Positions 1 through 11,400 of a stretch of 64,000 nt of DNA are shown piece by piece. The position numbers and the translations under genes are program-made. The number at the start of each line of letters is the position of its first letter. Position 1 is the stretch's first letter. Location: NCBI GenBank assembly GCA_046296715.1, contig JBKBIN010000007.1:1-64000 (forward strand), in the 5' to 3' direction. The notes under the pieces were generated by a model that did not search any database, was not told where the DNA came from, and was given only the letters and a program-made list of their open reading frames with translations. The DNA comes from Candidatus Ratteibacteria bacterium. Lineage in GTDB: Bacteria; Ratteibacteria; UBA8468; B48-G9; JAFGKM01.

Positions 1-359
1 ATATGAAATGAATTTTTACTGAACAGATATTGAACAGATGGCCAAAATCTACTATAAAAAATCCCGTTTAAAAAGAATAAAATAAATAAGTACTTGTAAT
101 GGGGACAAAACTGAAAAAAGAAATAATTTATAGATATTAAAAGAGAAGAAAAGATGAACCAGGGAAAATGCAATTTCCATCTTAATTTATGAAAAATATA
201 GGTAAAGATTGTATAAGAAAAATTTCCAAAAAAACCAGCAATCCCAAGTATAAAAGGAGAGGCATTAAATTTAAAAATTAAAAATAATGGGATTGATAAA
301 GTAACTATATAACCTGCTGAGGAAATAAAAAATGAGATTAAATATCCAATTTTTTCCAT
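1..359 (-). CDS. MFS-like membrane transporter, N-terminal part (runs off window start)
   Basis: Manual minus-strand translation from ATG at 359 gives MEKIGYLISFFISSAGYIVTLSIPLFLIFKFNASPFILGIAGFFGNFSY...; consecutive hydrophobic helices and no stop before position 1. Not in the ORF track. Confidence 0.55.
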   Translation of the reverse strand, partial: MEKIGYLISFFISSAGYIVTLSIPLFLIFKFNASPFILGIAGFFGNFSYTIFTYIFHKLRWKLHFPWFIFSSLLISINYFFFQFCPHYKYLFILFFLNGIFYSRFWPSVQYLFSKNSFH

Positions 360-410
360 AATTTTTAGAAGAATTTTTAAGTTTAAAATTTTAGTCTTTT
401 ATAGTAAAAC

Positions 411-438
411 TTGCAAATTTTATGAAAGGTGTTAAAAT
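411..438 (+). promoter_or_regulatory. Putative sigma70-type promoter for the acyl-CoA ligase
   Basis: TTGCAA (411-416), 16 nt, then TAAAAT (433-438) preceded by TGn; supports ATG 458 rather than 422 as start. AT-rich background limits certainty. Confidence 0.35.
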
Positions 439-457
439 TAAAGGAAAAGGGGGAAAT

Positions 458-1951
458 ATGAATATAGGAGCAAAGTTAAGAGAAATAGTAGAGAAAAAGA
501 AAAACGATGTTGCTTTTGTATTTAAAGATGTTGACTATACTTATGAAAAACTTGAACAAGAAACGAATAAAGTTGCAAATTTTTTAAAAGAACTTGGTGT
601 TGAAAAAGGGACAAAAGTTGGTATTTATATGTTAAATAATCCAGAATATATTTATTCTTATTTTGCTCTTTTTAAAATTGGTGCGATAGCAGTTCCTCTT
701 GATCATAGATTGAAAACAGAAGAGTTATTACCTTTGCTCAATCATTGTAAAGCAGAATTTTTAATTACTTCAATTTCAAAAACTTTTGAACCAGATGTAA
801 TTATGAAAAATGTTCCTTCTTTGAGACATATTATAATTACAAAAGGTAATTTTCAAAACTGTGTTTCAATGGAAGAAAAAATTAAAGATCTTTCTTCAGA
901 TTTTCCAGTAAAAGATATTGACGAATCTGATATTGCTGCAATTTTTTATACTTCGGGAACAACTGGAATTCCAAAAGGAGTTATATGGACTTACAGACAT
1001 CTTGATAGTCCGATTGATACAATTGTCAAGCATTATAAATATTTTCAAGATAATGATGTTTGTATCTGTCCTATACCTTTTTCTCATAATGGTGGTATTG
1101 TTGGAGTCCTTCTTATACTTTTTGGTATTAAACTTATTGTTATGGAATATTATCAACCATTTGAACTTTTACAGAATCTTCAGAAATATAATGTTACAGG
1201 AACTTTTTTAGTTCCAACAATGTTCATAGGAATGCTAAATCTAAATGAGTTTGATAAATTTCATTTACCCTCTTTAAGATGGGCTGCTGTTTTTGGTGCA
1301 CCTTTTTCACCAGATGTAATAAAAAAATTTAACAAAGTTTGTCCTCAAGCAAAATTACTTTCTGGTTATGGACTTACAGAAACTGCTGCTCCAAATTTTC
1401 TTCCTCCACTTGACAATGTTAAATTTGGTTCTGTTGGAAAACCAGTTCCATGGATAGATGTAAAAATTGTGGATGAAGATGGTAAGGAAGTCGGTAAGGG
1501 AGAAGTTGGTGAAATCATCATAAAGGGTTGGCCTGTAACTCCAGGTTATTACAATCAGCCAGAATTAACAGCAGAAGTAATAAAAGACGGATGGTTATAT
1601 ACAGGAGACCTTGGTAAATTTGATGAAGATGGTTACTTATATATTGTTGGTAGGAAAAAGGATGTAATTATAGTTGGTGGTCTTAATGTTTATGCTACTG
1701 AAGTTGAAGGAGTTATTCATAAATATCCAAAGGTTAAAGAAGTGGCAGTTATTGGTGTTCCTGATAAATTAAAAGGTGAAGTTGTAAAGGCAGTTATTGT
1801 CCCTAAGGAAGGAGAAGAAATAACAGAAAAAGAGATTATAAACTTCTGTCGTCAACATCTTGCTCCATATAAAGTCCCAACAATAGTTGAATTCAGAAAC
1901 GAACTACCGAAAACAGGAAGTGGAAAAATTAAAAAGGAACTTTTAAAATAA
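458..1951 (+). CDS. Long-chain fatty acid-CoA ligase / AMP-dependent synthetase
   Basis: YTSGTTGIPKG AMP-binding motif, GYGLTE, TGDLG and C-terminal LPKTGSGK; start placed at ATG 458 after the G-rich RBS. Confidence 0.9.
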   Translation: MNIGAKLREIVEKKKNDVAFVFKDVDYTYEKLEQETNKVANFLKELGVEKGTKVGIYMLNNPEYIYSYFALFKIGAIAVPLDHRLKTEELLPLLNHCKAEFLITSISKTFEPDVIMKNVPSLRHIIITKGNFQNCVSMEEKIKDLSSDFPVKDIDESDIAAIFYTSGTTGIPKGVIWTYRHLDSPIDTIVKHYKYFQDNDVCICPIPFSHNGGIVGVLLILFGIKLIVMEYYQPFELLQNLQKYNVTGTFLVPTMFIGMLNLNEFDKFHLPSLRWAAVFGAPFSPDVIKKFNKVCPQAKLLSGYGLTETAAPNFLPPLDNVKFGSVGKPVPWIDVKIVDEDGKEVGKGEVGEIIIKGWPVTPGYYNQPELTAEVIKDGWLYTGDLGKFDEDGYLYIVGRKKDVIIVGGLNVYATEVEGVIHKYPKVKEVAVIGVPDKLKGEVVKAVIVPKEGEEITEKEIINFCRQHLAPYKVPTIVEFRNELPKTGSGKIKKELLK

Positions 1952-1956
1952 TTTTA

Positions 1957-2865
1957 TTAATTTTCTTTAAGAATATTTAAAAGATCTGAGAGATAAGCAA
2001 AAGCAAGTGAAATACATCTATCTCCGCAACCATAATACATAAAAATTTCTTTATTTCTTATAATATAACCTGTTGGGAAAATAACATTTATAGCATTTCC
2101 TATTCTCTCATACTCTTTTTGAGGTGAAAAAACCCAATTTTTTGTCCTTGCTATAATTTTTTCCGGATTTTCCAAATCAAGTAAAGCTAATCCAACTCTA
2201 TAAATTGGAATAGATGCAGTGTATCTTATCCCATGATAGATTATTAACCAACCTTTTTCTGTTTCAATTGGAGGACATCCAAGTCCAACTCTATGGCAAT
2301 CCCACATTCCTCCTCTTACAGGTAATAAAATTTTATGATTCCCCCAATGAACCAAATCAGGAGAATAGGAAATCCAAATATGTCCTTCTCCTTTTATAAT
2401 AGGTCTGTGTATTAAGGCAAATTTTCCTTTAATCATTTTTGGAAATAAGCATCCATCTTTATCCTCAGGTGGAACTAAAGGGCCTTTTCTTTCAAATTTT
2501 TTAAAATCTTTGGTTAAAATTAAGGAGATTAAAGGACCACCTGGAGAAAAAGAAGTATAAGTTATTGCATATTTCTTTAATTCCTCAATATATACAATCC
2601 TCGGATCTTCTAATCCCCATTTTTCTTCTGAATATTTTTCATCTGGAACAAGTGTTGGAGTTTGGGGTATTTCCCAGCTGTCAATCCCATTTTTACTTCT
2701 TATTAAGGTTAAATGAGAATACCCATCAAAAGTTTCAACTCTGCACAATAAATAAACATAACCATTAAATTCAATGACCCCAGGATTAAAAACAGCATTG
2801 CATTGATATGTCCATTTTTCAGGGGTAATTATTGGATTTTCGGTATATCTTCTAAAAATTTCCAT
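1957..2865 (-). CDS. GH130-family glycosidase / mannoside phosphorylase
   Basis: NPII, AVFNPG, GLEDPR, EDKD, LIHRP, IIYHG, ERIGN..NVIFPTG and YYG.GD motifs. Confidence 0.88.
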   Translation of the reverse strand: MEIFRRYTENPIITPEKWTYQCNAVFNPGVIEFNGYVYLLCRVETFDGYSHLTLIRSKNGIDSWEIPQTPTLVPDEKYSEEKWGLEDPRIVYIEELKKYAITYTSFSPGGPLISLILTKDFKKFERKGPLVPPEDKDGCLFPKMIKGKFALIHRPIIKGEGHIWISYSPDLVHWGNHKILLPVRGGMWDCHRVGLGCPPIETEKGWLIIYHGIRYTASIPIYRVGLALLDLENPEKIIARTKNWVFSPQKEYERIGNAINVIFPTGYIIRNKEIFMYYGCGDRCISLAFAYLSDLLNILKEN

Positions 2866-2878
2866 AAATTTCTCCTTT

Positions 2879-3739
2879 TTATAGATAATTTTTAAAAAAG
2901 TTTTTTACTTTTTCTCTATATTCATTTGTATAAGCTCTGTCAAGACCTGTATGTGGACCTTCTACTACATAAATTTCTTTTGGTTGATTTGCTTTTTCAT
3001 ATAATTTTTCAGCGTGACTGAAAGGAACAAAATCATCATTTCTTGAATGAATTATTAAAATAGGACAATTTAAATTAGTTGTAAAATTTTCAGGACTGTT
3101 CAATCTAAAATCACTTCTAAAAATATATTTCCCAAGGAAAATTGAAAAGGAAGAAAAAATATATTTTAAAGGACCTAAATTTTTATAATAATTTTTAACC
3201 ATATCAGGGAAATTTGCAAAAGCAGAATCTGTAACAAGACATTTTATATCTTTATATTTTGATGCTGAAATAATACCAACTGCTCCTCCAAATGAATATC
3301 CCCAAATTCCAATTGATAAATTTTTAATTTTTTCATTATTTTTAATAAAATCTATTGCACTTTTTACATCAAGAAATTCCTTAAGACCAAAATAACAAAC
3401 CTTCCCTTGACTTTCACCATGAGCTCTGAAATCAAAAAGCAAAAGTGAAAATTCAGGATATAAGAATTCAACAACTGGTAAAATATCTGATTTGTTTGCA
3501 GGATATCCATGAAGACATATGATTATACCTTTACTTTTTTCTGAATATATCAACCATCCTTTCAATTTTTTTCCATCTTCTGTTTCAAGAATAATATTCT
3601 CATAGGGTAGACCAATATCTTTTGGTGTGAGGTAAATACTTAATCTTGGAGGCATAATAGCCCTTGCTCCAATTATTAAACTTAATAAAAAAACAATGAT
3701 AAAAAAATCAAGCAGTATCCTTATCCACATTTTCTTCAT
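2879..3739 (-). CDS. Alpha/beta hydrolase with N-terminal membrane anchor
   Basis: HG oxyanion motif, DFRAHGES, GYSFGG nucleophile elbow, Asp in DDFVP and His in GPHT. Confidence 0.88.
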   Translation of the reverse strand: MKKMWIRILLDFFIIVFLLSLIIGARAIMPPRLSIYLTPKDIGLPYENIILETEDGKKLKGWLIYSEKSKGIIICLHGYPANKSDILPVVEFLYPEFSLLLFDFRAHGESQGKVCYFGLKEFLDVKSAIDFIKNNEKIKNLSIGIWGYSFGGAVGIISASKYKDIKCLVTDSAFANFPDMVKNYYKNLGPLKYIFSSFSIFLGKYIFRSDFRLNSPENFTTNLNCPILIIHSRNDDFVPFSHAEKLYEKANQPKEIYVVEGPHTGLDRAYTNEYREKVKNFFKNYL

Positions 3740-4269
3740 TTTTCTTGGTGTTTTACTTGTTGCCTATATTTTTCCCTCATTTTTAAAAAGAAATTAATAT
3801 AATTTTCTGTTTTATAATCAGGATAAGTCCAGTTTAAAAAATTATATTTCCCTTTTGAATAATATAAAGTAAGTTCAGCAAAAATCCCTTTACCAATGTA
3901 AATTCTGTGATAATAATCCTTTGTTGATAAAAGAATTACTTTTGAACTATCAATATATCCAGGGTCTATATTTATTTTTCTTTTACCCTGTTCAGAAAAG
4001 ATTTCTTCAATCTTATTTGTATATATCTTCCATTCATAAACATTTTCAGGCAAATAAAGATTTTGAAAAGAGATAAATTTCCTCTTTAAATTTTTTCCCA
4101 TCTCATCTTCATAGTAATCGGTAAAGTTAAAAGAAAATGGACCTTCTTCTATATCAATTTTTCCCCATTTTTCTATAAGCATCTTTCTTGCTTCTTCAAG
4201 AATATTCTCTTGTTGATAAATTAAACCACAGAAGATTTTAGCAAAAGGTGCACTTTTAATTTTCCCCAT
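3736..4269 (-). CDS. DUF4416-family protein
   Basis: TDYYEDEMG, RKINIDPGY, STKDYYHRIYIGKGIFAE and WTYPDY motifs. Confidence 0.8.
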   Translation of the reverse strand: MGKIKSAPFAKIFCGLIYQQENILEEARKMLIEKWGKIDIEEGPFSFNFTDYYEDEMGKNLKRKFISFQNLYLPENVYEWKIYTNKIEEIFSEQGKRKINIDPGYIDSSKVILLSTKDYYHRIYIGKGIFAELTLYYSKGKYNFLNWTYPDYKTENYINFFLKMREKYRQQVKHQEK

Positions 4270-4354
4270 ATATTTTAATTTTAATCCTTCTTTACAATAA
4301 AAACAAATATTATATATTATAAAATGTGTGCAGAAACTGGTAAAATAAAATTAT

Positions 4355-5734
4355 ATGGAAAACGATACAATTTGTGCAATATCAACGCCTCTTGGAGTAA
4401 GTGGAATAGGAATAGTTAGATTAAGTGGAAAAGATACATATAGAATTATTGAGGAGATTTTTGTTCCAGGGAAAAATCTTAAGAAAAAGAAATTTAAAAT
4501 AAGTGAAATACCAAGCCATACAGTTATTTATGGACATATAGTTGAAAATGGGAAAGTTATTGATGAAGTTATAGTTACAATAATGAAAAGCCCGAAAAGT
4601 TATACAAGAGAAGATATGGCTGAAATAAATTGTCATGGAGGGATAGTTCCACTGAAAGAGGTTTTAAACTTATGCATTAAAAAGGGAGCACGACTTGCTG
4701 AACCAGGAGAATTTACAAAAAGGGCATTTTTAAATGGAAGAATTGATTTAACACAAGCAGAAGCAGTTCTTGATATTATTTATAGCAAAACAAATTATGG
4801 ACTTGTTATAGGTATAGAAAAATTAAAGGGCTCTTTAAGTAAATTTATTTCTGAAATAAAAGAGAGGATTTTTAATCTTCTTATAGAGATAGAGGCAAAA
4901 ATTAACTTTCCAGAAGAAGAGGATGTTGAAAAATATCCTCTTGATATTGAAAAAGAACTGAAAAACATTTATCTTGAAATTGAGAAATTTCTGGCAAAAT
5001 CTAATAAAGGGAAAATAATACAGACAGGTGTAAATGTTGCAATAATAGGAAGTCCAAATGTTGGAAAATCAAGTTTATTAAATGCTTTCTTAAAAGAGGA
5101 TAGAGCGATAGTTACAGAGATACCAGGAACAACAAGAGATGCGATAATAGAAATAGTTAATATAAAAGGAATACCTTTTAATATAATTGACACTGCTGGA
5201 ATAAGGAAGGCAAAAAGTAAAATAGAAAAGATAGGGGTAGAGAAATCAATTGAATGGATGAAAAAAGCAGAGATAAATCTTCTTATAATAGATGGAAGTA
5301 GAAGATTAAATGAGTATGATTATCAACTTCTTAAACATATAAAAGAAAAACCATACCTGATAATAATAAATAAAATTGACCTTCCACAGAAAGTTGAAAT
5401 AGAGAAAATTGAGAAAGAATTTGAACCAGATAAAATCATAAGAGCGTCAATAAAAAACTATATAGGGATTGAAGAAATAGAAAATAAACTATTGCAACTT
5501 ATAAATCAAGGATTTGGTGAAATAAAAGGAGATGAAATATATCTGAATTTAAGGCAGGAGAAAAAGATAAATACAATAAAACAATATTTACAAGAAGTAT
5601 TAACTGAAAGTTCAATTGAGATTGTTGCTGAAAATTTAAAAAACTGTATAAATGAAATAGATGAATTGACTGGAAATAGAATAAGTGATAAAATTCTGGA
5701 ACAAATCTTTTCAAATTTTTGTATAGGTAAATAA
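4355..5734 (+). CDS. mnmE: tRNA modification GTPase MnmE
   Basis: DTICAIST, SYTREDMAEINCHGG, GEFTKRAFLNGR, GSPNVGKSS, GTTRD, DTAG, NKID and terminal FCIGK. Confidence 0.97.
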   Translation: MENDTICAISTPLGVSGIGIVRLSGKDTYRIIEEIFVPGKNLKKKKFKISEIPSHTVIYGHIVENGKVIDEVIVTIMKSPKSYTREDMAEINCHGGIVPLKEVLNLCIKKGARLAEPGEFTKRAFLNGRIDLTQAEAVLDIIYSKTNYGLVIGIEKLKGSLSKFISEIKERIFNLLIEIEAKINFPEEEDVEKYPLDIEKELKNIYLEIEKFLAKSNKGKIIQTGVNVAIIGSPNVGKSSLLNAFLKEDRAIVTEIPGTTRDAIIEIVNIKGIPFNIIDTAGIRKAKSKIEKIGVEKSIEWMKKAEINLLIIDGSRRLNEYDYQLLKHIKEKPYLIIINKIDLPQKVEIEKIEKEFEPDKIIRASIKNYIGIEEIENKLLQLINQGFGEIKGDEIYLNLRQEKKINTIKQYLQEVLTESSIEIVAENLKNCINEIDELTGNRISDKILEQIFSNFCIGK

Positions 5735-5747
5735 AAAGGAGTTAAAA

Positions 5748-6770
5748 ATGATTTATAAAAAAATTGGAAAAAGTGATTTGAAAGTAAGTGCAATTGCAAT
5801 AGGTGCTTGGCAGATAGGTGGTCAATGGGGAAGTTATGATAAAAAAGAAGTTGAGAAAATAATTGATCTTGCTATTGAAAAAGGTGTTAATTTTATTGAT
5901 ACTGCTGAAGGTTATGGAGAGAGTGAAACTGTATTAGGAGAAGTTTTAAAAGGGAAAAGAGATAAATTTATAATTGCGACAAAAATAGGAGGGAACCATT
6001 TTGACTATAAAACTGTAAAAGAGCGTTTAACAGGAAGTTTAAAAAGATTAAATACAGATTATATTGACTTATACCAGATACACTGGCCTAAAATGAAACA
6101 CCTCTGGCACAAAGAAGATATGAGCGAAAAAGATTACCAGGATATAGCAGATTCAATGACAAAATTAAAAAAAGAAGGACTGATTAGATTTGCAGGAGTA
6201 AGCAATTTTAGAAAAAAACATCTTGAAAATTTTCCAAAAGAAATTTTTTCTTCTATTATTGTATCAAATCAGGTTCCTTATTCTTTACTTTGGAGATGTT
6301 ATGATGTTGATGGGACTACAGATTTCTGTATAGAAAATAAAATTGATTATCTTGCATATAGTCCTCTTGCTGAAGGTCTTTTAACTGGTAGATTTAAAGA
6401 TAGAAGTGAAATAGTAGAAAATATAAGAAAGAATAATGTATTGTTTAATGAGCCAGTTTATTCAAAAGTTTTAAATTTTGTTGATGAAATAGAAAAGATA
6501 GCAAAAGATATAGGAATGACATTACCAAAAATTGCAATAAACTGGTGTGTTTCAAAAGAATATATTGCTTCTGCACTTGTTGGAATGAGAAAATCAAAAC
6601 ATTTTGAAGAAAATGTAGAAGCATTTGATCAAAAACTTCCAGAAGAGATAATAAAAAAACTTGACCAATTAAGTATTGATTTCCAGAAAAATTATCTTGT
6701 AGAGCGACTTGAACTTTGGATTGGAAATTGCTTAAAAGAGGACTTAGAAAAAATCGGTCTCAAAACTTAA
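5748..6770 (+). CDS. Aldo/keto reductase
   Basis: [32 protein letters not shown] and [11 protein letters not shown] motifs. Confidence 0.92.
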   Translation: MIYKKIGKSDLKVSAIAIGAWQIGGQWGSYDKKEVEKIIDLAIEKGVNFIDTAEGYGESETVLGEVLKGKRDKFIIATKIGGNHFDYKTVKERLTGSLKRLNTDYIDLYQIHWPKMKHLWHKEDMSEKDYQDIADSMTKLKKEGLIRFAGVSNFRKKHLENFPKEIFSSIIVSNQVPYSLLWRCYDVDGTTDFCIENKIDYLAYSPLAEGLLTGRFKDRSEIVENIRKNNVLFNEPVYSKVLNFVDEIEKIAKDIGMTLPKIAINWCVSKEYIASALVGMRKSKHFEENVEAFDQKLPEEIIKKLDQLSIDFQKNYLVERLELWIGNCLKEDLEKIGLKT

Positions 6771-6772
6771 AT

Positions 6773-7981
6773 ATGAGAGAAATTGAAAAACAATTGGAGA
6801 TAATTAAAAGAGGGACAGTTGAAATTATTGAAGAGGAAGAATTGAGAAAAAAGTTGAAAGAATCTATTGAAAAAAATAAACCACTTAGGATTAAATATGG
6901 TATTGACCCAACTTCTCCTGAAATACATCTTGGTCATACTGTTCCAATAAAAAAACTTAAAGATTTTCAAAATTTAGGGCATAAAGTTATATTTTTAATT
7001 GGTGATTTTACAGCAAGGATAGGAGATCCAACTGGAAGAAAAGAAACAAGACCTATATTATCAGTTGAAGAAATTAGGAAAAATTTATCAACATATAAAG
7101 AACAGGTAAGTAAAATTCTTGACATTGAAAAAACCGAATTTGTTTATAACTCTTTTTGGTTATCAAAATTGAATCTTGATGATATTATAAAACTTACTTC
7201 AATTTTTACAGTTGCGCAAATACTTGAAAGAGAGGACTTCACAGAAAGATATAAAGAAGGTAAACCAATTTTTTTACATGAATTTTTATATCCACTATTG
7301 CAGGGTTATGATTCTTATGTTTTAAATGCAGATATTGAATTAGGTGCTACTGAACAGAAATTTAATCTTCTTGCAGGAAGAACGATCCAGTCATACTTAG
7401 GGCAGGAAAAACAGGTAGTTATAACTATGCCTATTCTTGTAGGAACAGATGGAAAATTAAAAATGAGTAAAAGTTATAATAATCATATACCAATAAATAC
7501 TACTCCTTTTGATATGTTTGGTAAGATAATGTCTATTCCTGATAATATAATGGATGATTATTTTTCATTGCTTACAAATATTGAACCAGAAATTTATAAA
7601 GATTTAATTAAGAAAAATCCAAGAGATGCAAAAGCATATCTTGCAAGAGAAGTTGTAAAGTCATTTTTTGATGAAATCCAAGCAAATCAAGCAGAAGAAG
7701 AGTTTAATAAAATTTTTAGAGAAAAAGATATTCCAACTGAAATTCCAGAGATTGAAATAAAAAGTGAGATACTTGATGAAGAAGGTGAAATTGAAATAAT
7801 AGATTTAATGTATAAAACCAATATGATAAGTTCAAAGTCAGAAGGAAAGCGCCTAATAACTCAAAAAGCAGTTAGGATAGATAAAGAACTTATTTTAGAC
7901 CCATTTAAAAAAATTAAGATAAAGGATGGTATGATAATAAAAGTAGGGAAAAGAAGATTTTTTAAGTTAAAAAGGAAATAA
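6773..7981 (+). CDS. tyrS: Tyrosine--tRNA ligase
   Basis: [22 protein letters not shown] and C-terminal S4 domain (KVGKRRF); start moved to ATG 6773. Confidence 0.96.
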   Translation: MREIEKQLEIIKRGTVEIIEEEELRKKLKESIEKNKPLRIKYGIDPTSPEIHLGHTVPIKKLKDFQNLGHKVIFLIGDFTARIGDPTGRKETRPILSVEEIRKNLSTYKEQVSKILDIEKTEFVYNSFWLSKLNLDDIIKLTSIFTVAQILEREDFTERYKEGKPIFLHEFLYPLLQGYDSYVLNADIELGATEQKFNLLAGRTIQSYLGQEKQVVITMPILVGTDGKLKMSKSYNNHIPINTTPFDMFGKIMSIPDNIMDDYFSLLTNIEPEIYKDLIKKNPRDAKAYLAREVVKSFFDEIQANQAEEEFNKIFREKDIPTEIPEIEIKSEILDEEGEIEIIDLMYKTNMISSKSEGKRLITQKAVRIDKELILDPFKKIKIKDGMIIKVGKRRFFKLKRK

Positions 7982-7983
7982 AG

Positions 7984-8634
7984 ATGGAAGAGATAAGAAA
8001 AAAATTGACTGAGATCGGTAAAAAAATTGTTGAAAAAGGACTTGTTGCTGGTCCTGGTGGAAATATAAGTGCAAGAGAAGGGGATTTTGTTTATCTTTCG
8101 CCAAGTGGTTTTTTTCTTGATGAAATAAAAGAAGAAGAATGGGTTAAGGTAAATTTAAAGACAGGCGAAATTTTTGGGAATTTAAGACCAACTTGTGAAA
8201 TTTCAATGCATCTTGGAATATATATTGAAAGACCAGATGTTAAAGCAGTTATACATACTCATCCTCCTATAACAGTTGGCTTAATTTCAGCGGGAATTAA
8301 ATTTAAGCCCTTTTTCCCTGACTATGTTGCTATACTTGGAAAAGATGTCCCTGTAATTGATTATGTTATTCCTGCTGGTGAAGAAATAAGGAAAGCAGTA
8401 TGTAAAGAAATAAAAAAAGTAAATGTTGTTCTTCTTAAAAATCATGGAGTTGTTGCTGTTGGAGAATCAATAAAGGAAAGTTATACAAGAAGTTTGATTG
8501 TTGAAGAAGCAGCAAAATCTATTTTTGTTGGAATTTTATGTGGTAAATTAAAATATTTTACAAAAAAAGACATTGAAAAAATAGAAAAACTTGAAGCAGA
8601 AGATTATAGGAAAGCACTCCTTAAAAATCTATGA
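7984..8634 (+). CDS. Class II aldolase/adducin family protein (FucA/MtnB-like)
   Basis: GGNISAR, SPSG, PTCEISMH, HTHP and LLKNHG metal-binding motifs. Confidence 0.88.
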   Translation: MEEIRKKLTEIGKKIVEKGLVAGPGGNISAREGDFVYLSPSGFFLDEIKEEEWVKVNLKTGEIFGNLRPTCEISMHLGIYIERPDVKAVIHTHPPITVGLISAGIKFKPFFPDYVAILGKDVPVIDYVIPAGEEIRKAVCKEIKKVNVVLLKNHGVVAVGESIKESYTRSLIVEEAAKSIFVGILCGKLKYFTKKDIEKIEKLEAEDYRKALLKNL

Positions 8635-9473
8635 ATTGGAAAATAGATAACATTGTTTTAGAAATTAAAAAGCCATTAATAATGGGTATTTTAAATGTTA
8701 CACCCGATTCTTTTTATGATGGAGGTAGATTTTTTGATTTTGATAAGGCAATTGAAAGAGGAATTGAAATTGAAAAACAAGGTGCAGATATAATTGATAT
8801 TGGAGGACAATCTACAAGGCCTGGAAGTAAAATTATAAGTGAAAAAGAAGAAATTGAAAGAGTAATACCTGTTATAAAAACTCTAAGTAAAGAATTAAAG
8901 ATAAAAATATCATGCGATACTTTTAGAAGCAAAGTTGCAGAAAAAGCGATTGAAAATGGAGCAAGTATTATAAATGATATATCTGCATTTTCTCTTGATA
9001 AAAATTTATTTAATGTAATAAAAGATTCTGATTGCGGATATATTTTAATGCATATGAAAGGAACACCAGAAAATATGCAAATTAATCCTTATTATGAAGA
9101 TGTTATAGGTGAAATAAGCATATTTTTCAAAGAGAAATTAAAAATTTTGGAAAAAAATAAAGTTGATTTGGAAAGAGTGGTTATTGATCCAGGAATTGGC
9201 TTTGGGAAAAGAGTTTGTGATAATGTTGAAATACTTAAAAATCTTGATAAATTCAAAAAATTTAATAGACCAATTTTAATTGGAACGAGTAGAAAATCTT
9301 TTATAGGTAAACTCTTGAATCTTGAAGTTGAACAACGACTTGAACCCACAATAGCAACAAATGTATATGCTTATTTAAAAGGAGCAAATATTTTTAGAGT
9401 TCATGATGTAAAAGAAATTAAAAGAGCGATTGAAATAATATATTTGATTGAAAATGAGAATATTATGTATTGA
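8631..9473 (+). CDS. folP: Dihydropteroate synthase
   Basis: MGILNVTPDSFYDGG, DIGGQSTRPG, DPGIGFGK, SRKSF and RVHDV. Confidence 0.96.
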   Translation: MNWKIDNIVLEIKKPLIMGILNVTPDSFYDGGRFFDFDKAIERGIEIEKQGADIIDIGGQSTRPGSKIISEKEEIERVIPVIKTLSKELKIKISCDTFRSKVAEKAIENGASIINDISAFSLDKNLFNVIKDSDCGYILMHMKGTPENMQINPYYEDVIGEISIFFKEKLKILEKNKVDLERVVIDPGIGFGKRVCDNVEILKNLDKFKKFNRPILIGTSRKSFIGKLLNLEVEQRLEPTIATNVYAYLKGANIFRVHDVKEIKRAIEIIYLIENENIMY

Positions 9474-9891
9474 TGTTGGCGATAAAAATATAGGAGTAGC
9501 AGTTAGTGATGAGGAAAATCTAATAGCAAGAGGTCTTGGAACAATTAAATTGAAAGAAGATTTTATTGAAAGGTTAAGAGAAATAATTAAAAAATATAAT
9601 GTTGGAAAGATTGTATATGGATTACCACTTAAGATGGATGGCTCATTTAGTGTTCAAACAGAAAAAACAATGGCATTTATTTCTAAATTAAAACAAGAAA
9701 TTAAAGATGTTGAGTTTATACCATTTGATGAACGACTTACAACTTCAATTGCAGAAAAATTTTTAATTTCAGCAGACTTAAGTAGAAAAAAAAGAAAAAA
9801 GTATATTGATAAACTCTCAGCACAGATTATACTTCAAAACTATCTTGACTCATTAAATGTAAAAATAAATGAAGAGGAATTTGATTGGTGA
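9454..9891 (+). CDS. ruvX: YqgF/RuvX RNase H-fold nuclease
   Basis: ILCIDVGDKNIGVAVSD, GLPLKMDG, DERLTT and IDKLSAQIILQNYLD. Confidence 0.93.
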   Translation: MRILCIDVGDKNIGVAVSDEENLIARGLGTIKLKEDFIERLREIIKKYNVGKIVYGLPLKMDGSFSVQTEKTMAFISKLKQEIKDVEFIPFDERLTTSIAEKFLISADLSRKKRKKYIDKLSAQIILQNYLDSLNVKINEEEFDW

Positions 9892-11387
9892 AAGAAAATA
9901 AAAATTTGTTCAATTATTCTCTTCTATTTTATAGGATTTTTTTTATTACTCTAATTTTAAAACTTTTACTTTCCTATTTTTTCCCATTAACAGGAGATGA
10001 AGCATATTTTATAACAACAGGACAAAAATTTTATTTAGGATATTATGAACATCCTCCAATGATATGGTGGCTTGTTTATCTTTTTTCTTTTTTTGGTAAG
10101 AAAATCCACCATTTCTTTTTTTACAGATTGCTCTCTGTAATCTCAACCTCATTTGTTTCTTTTTTAATTTTAAAATTGCTTAAAGAAGATAAAGAAAAAA
10201 GTTTTTTAATTTCCTCTCTATTTTTGTTATCCCCAATTAATTTATTTGGCATTTTAATTACAAATGATACACCACTTTTTATATTTACTTTTCTTTCAGG
10301 AATATTTTTTTATAAAGGAATTAAGGAAGAAAAGAAAAGCGACTTTATTATTTCAGGAATATTTTTTGGTTTATCTTTCTTGAGCAAATATTTTTCTGTT
10401 TTATACTTAATTTCAATTTTTATTTATCTTCTTTATAAAAGAGAAAAGAAATTTTGGAAGAATTTTGTTTTATTTTTCCTTGTCTCTTTTCCTTTTATTT
10501 TCATAAATCTATACTGGAACTATACTCATTGCTGGATAAATATAATTTTTAACCTTGTTTATAGAAAAAAAACAGAATATTTTCATGCCAAAAATATAGT
10601 TCTTTTTTTCCTTTCTTTATTTTTTCTTTTAACTCCCTATTCCTTTTATCTTTTTTTAAAAGAAAAGTTATTTTTCAAATTAAAGAATGAATATGATTTT
10701 TTCTATTTTATTTTTGCTCTACCAACAATCTTTTTATTTTTTATTTCACTTCTCAGAGTTGTTGGACTTCACTGGTTCGTTTCTTTTATTCCATTTTACC
10801 TTTTTTTATTAATAACTATTGAAAAAGATAAAATTATCAAGGCAATAAAAACTGCTGTTTATTTTAATGGACTTATCACAATCATAATAATTTTTATTCT
10901 TTTAATCCCTGTTAAAAAATTTAAAAATCACCCTAAATATTCAGAAATATTAATGTTTAAAAATCCAGATGCTTTGTGTTCCTATTTGAAAAATTTTAAG
11001 GATAATTATGTATTTGCAACAACAAATTATACTTTTTCTGCAATTATGACTTATTATTGTAAAGTTGATTTCATTGTTTTTGCTGACTTAGGGCATAGTG
11101 GAAGAGAATATGACTTTTCTTTTGATTTTAAAAAAATAGATGATAAAGATATTTTAATTTTTTCGCCTGAAAAAATTGATTCTAAAAATTACATTCAATT
11201 CTTTGAAGAAATTAAAAAAGAAAAGATTTTGATTGGAGAAGGAGAATATTATTTACTTTTCTGTAAAAAATTTAATTATACAAACTATAGGAATATAATC
11301 TTAAAAAAGACCTACGAAAAATTTTATAAAATACCTGAATTTTTACCAAAAAAAGGAAACTTTTTTAAGGAAAAATATAACCTATAA
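9888..11387 (+). CDS. GT-C fold membrane glycosyltransferase (PMT/ArnT-like)
   Basis: DEAYF, YYEHPPM, TNDTP and LSKY motifs with many TM helices; start GTG 9888 (or TTG 9885). Confidence 0.82.
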   Translation: MKENKNLFNYSLLFYRIFFITLILKLLLSYFFPLTGDEAYFITTGQKFYLGYYEHPPMIWWLVYLFSFFGKKIHHFFFYRLLSVISTSFVSFLILKLLKEDKEKSFLISSLFLLSPINLFGILITNDTPLFIFTFLSGIFFYKGIKEEKKSDFIISGIFFGLSFLSKYFSVLYLISIFIYLLYKREKKFWKNFVLFFLVSFPFIFINLYWNYTHCWINIIFNLVYRKKTEYFHAKNIVLFFLSLFFLLTPYSFYLFLKEKLFFKLKNEYDFFYFIFALPTIFLFFISLLRVVGLHWFVSFIPFYLFLLITIEKDKIIKAIKTAVYFNGLITIIIIFILLIPVKKFKNHPKYSEILMFKNPDALCSYLKNFKDNYVFATTNYTFSAIMTYYCKVDFIVFADLGHSGREYDFSFDFKKIDDKDILIFSPEKIDSKNYIQFFEEIKKEKILIGEGEYYLLFCKKFNYTNYRNIILKKTYEKFYKIPEFLPKKGNFFKEKYNL

Positions 11388-11400
11388 GTTTGAACTATAA

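Noticed and set aside
7984..8634. Class II aldolase acting with mtnA in a methylthio/deoxy-ribose salvage shunt
   Set aside because: The two genes are ~39 kb apart with no kinase or phosphorylase beside either, so the substrate cannot be assigned from this sequence.
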